DNA of 64,000 nucleotides from a virus. Shown one piece after another: positions 62,413-64,000 of the stretch. The stretch is taken from positions 32,001 through 96,000 of IMG/VR virus record IMGVR_UViG_3300050821_002963, one strand, 5' to 3'. The translations under genes were made by a program, and so were the position numbers. Numbering within the stretch: the first letter of the stretch is position 1; the number at the start of each line of letters is the position of its first letter. The notes beneath the pieces were generated by a model. It was not told the origin of the DNA. It searched no databases and saw only the letters and a list, made by a program, of their open reading frames with translations.

Positions 62413-63447
62413 ATGGCTTTGAACAAATTTACGCATCACGCGACTTGCAAGTGCACGGAATGTATAGACCATCCTAGTCAGGCGAAGATAGGGATTCACG
62501 TACTACCGAACAGGTTGTACGTAGTAACGATGTTGGAGAATCCGCTTAGATGGAGGAAGAGATACGAAAACTACTGGGCGTTTGAGCAGCATATAGAAAA
62601 GTCTGGCGGGATTCTGTACACGGCGGAAGTAGCTTTTGGTGAAAGGCACTTTGAGATAACAGACCAGGATAATCCCAGACACCTGCAGTTGTATACCGAT
62701 TCAGATAACTGGAACTATGAGATTTGGCATAAAGAAAATGTGCTGAACCTTTTGATTAACCGGTTACCAGCCGATGCAAAGTATATAGCCTGGATTGATT
62801 CGGATGTGAGATTCGCAAAGCCTGATTGGTGTCAGGAGACAATGCATCTGTTGCAGCACTATCAGGTGTTGCAGATGTTTTCGCATACTTTGGATTTGGG
62901 TCCAGAAGACGAGCCGGTTGGTAATAGCATAGGCTACGTCTATAAGAAGATAACGGACCCGGACTACCCTTCGGACGGGTACTACTATGGAGGCAAGAAA
63001 GGGTTGTGGGTTCATCCTGGATTTGCTTGGGCGGCGAGACGAGATGCGTTGAATCATTTAGGTGGTTTGGTGGATTGGTGCATCCTTGGTTCGGGTGATT
63101 GGACAATGGGCGCGGCTCTATTCGGAGAAGTTGAGAAGTCGCTGAACCCGGGCTATTCGGAGACGTACAAACGGTGGGCGAGGCAATGGCAGGAACGGGC
63201 AGAGAAGTACATACGTAGAAACGTTGGTTACATGCCTGGCTTGGTACACCACAGATGGCACGGGAAGAAGATGAACCGGAATTACGATACGCGTTGGAGA
63301 CTTCTGATTGAGACTGGCTACGACCCAGAACTGGACTTGAAGCGTGACGTTCAGGGATTGTGGCAGTTGACGGACAGGTCGATAGCACTACGGGATGGCA
63401 TCAGAAGATATGCCAAGCTTCGTAATGAAGATGGAACAGAGGTATAG
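62413..63447 (+). CDS. GT-A-like glycosyltransferase (putative)
   Basis: WHKENVLN, YIAWIDSDV (DxD), HPGFAWA, GSGD, HRWHG. Confidence 0.65.
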   Translation: MALNKFTHHATCKCTECIDHPSQAKIGIHVLPNRLYVVTMLENPLRWRKRYENYWAFEQHIEKSGGILYTAEVAFGERHFEITDQDNPRHLQLYTDSDNWNYEIWHKENVLNLLINRLPADAKYIAWIDSDVRFAKPDWCQETMHLLQHYQVLQMFSHTLDLGPEDEPVGNSIGYVYKKITDPDYPSDGYYYGGKKGLWVHPGFAWAARRDALNHLGGLVDWCILGSGDWTMGAALFGEVEKSLNPGYSETYKRWARQWQERAEKYIRRNVGYMPGLVHHRWHGKKMNRNYDTRWRLLIETGYDPELDLKRDVQGLWQLTDRSIALRDGIRRYAKLRNEDGTEV

Positions 63448-63450
63448 GTT

Positions 63451-63732
63451 ATGATAACAATATTGGAAGCTCAGTTGGATTTTACGACTAGCAGTCTTTC
63501 GACAGTGGTTGTGCCGGTAGATTCGGAGATAGTGGCGGCAAGGTTGCTGCAGAAGGCGGAGGATGAAGTATTCATGCTATGGTTATTGGCCGACGAGACT
63601 TCGCCTTTGGTGCACGATAGGAAGTTTGCTCTACTCATTACAGGACAGCCTCTGCCGGGCAATTTGAAAAAGTACATCGGCACATTCTTAATGGGGACGC
63701 AGTACAAGCATGTGGTGGAACTGGAGATGTGA
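63451..63732 (+). CDS. hypothetical phage protein
   Basis: LW.L.D..TGQPLP..YIGTF..HV.E. Confidence 0.55.
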   Translation: MITILEAQLDFTTSSLSTVVVPVDSEIVAARLLQKAEDEVFMLWLLADETSPLVHDRKFALLITGQPLPGNLKKYIGTFLMGTQYKHVVELEM

Positions 63733-63864
63733 TGGCGACAGAAAAAATAATGATAGCGATTGGCGTTACCTTCGCGATGGCATACGTCGTGTTGGTAATA
63801 GCGGTGAACAAAGAAGCACTAAAGAACGTGGGCGAGTGGTTCAGAATTAGGTAAGAGGTGGGCA

Positions 63865-64000
63865 ATGCCTTTGCATGTAGCTCCAACAATTAGGGAAATG
63901 GAACAGTGCCGGGAAGGTCTGGGTAATATCCAGAATTTGGATTCGACAGCTTATACAGAGACAGTAGCTGCGGAAGGTGTGACGCGGCCTACGCCTCACG
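63865..64000 (+). CDS. 5' part of a gene running off the window
   Basis: GAGGTG SD, ATG 63865, open to the window end. Confidence 0.45.
   Translation, partial: MPLHVAPTIREMEQCREGLGNIQNLDSTAYTETVAAEGVTRPTPH

Noticed and set aside
1-64000. Stop-codon reassignment
   Set aside because: Conserved genes are full length in the standard code and TAA, TAG and TGA all end genes at coupled junctions
1-64000. Minus-strand ORFs in the track (e.g. 34663-35529, 38517-39203, 56466-57092, 62756-63388)
   Set aside because: All are antisense shadows of well-supported + strand genes and show no motifs

Overview
This 64-kb window is part of a large tailed-phage genome. Essentially all credible genes are on the + strand, tightly packed, often with ATGA/GTGA overlaps, and use the standard code. 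The left part (1-27.4 kb) is a replication, recombination and nucleotide-metabolism module. It holds a primase, 5'-3' exonuclease, sigma-like factor, a DpdA/TGT-like protein with FolE (7-deazaguanine DNA modification), a beta-clamp, a family-A DNA polymerase with an N-terminal UDG-like domain split into two genes around an HD-domain gene, UvsY/SSB/RecA-like proteins, a DnaX-like clamp loader, a single-chain Mre11-Rad50 fusion, NADAR-vWA-PurA-like genes, TPM + PspA, a nucleotidyltransferase, a SLOG protein and a 5'-nucleotidase. A strong sigma70-type promoter and a structured non-coding stretch (27.4-27.65 kb) open the right part. That part holds virion/fibre-like genes, exported Ig-domain proteins, a papain-like protease, a lysozyme-like protein, a large sugar-nucleotide/glycosyltransferase/methyltransferase island and an ECF sigma factor. 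The two most striking signals are: (i) otherwise unrelated proteins (an ADP-ribosyltransferase, ParB-like proteins and others) that share an ~11-aa N-terminal leader and a GGPGSGCxGxxCGR motif, a candidate capsid-packaging and maturation tag for injected effectors; (ii) an HNH homing endonuclease that sits inside the primase 5' end and carries a recoded replacement N-terminus. No terminase large subunit, portal, major capsid, tRNA or CRISPR array was recognised. All product calls come from motif recognition by eye, not database searches.
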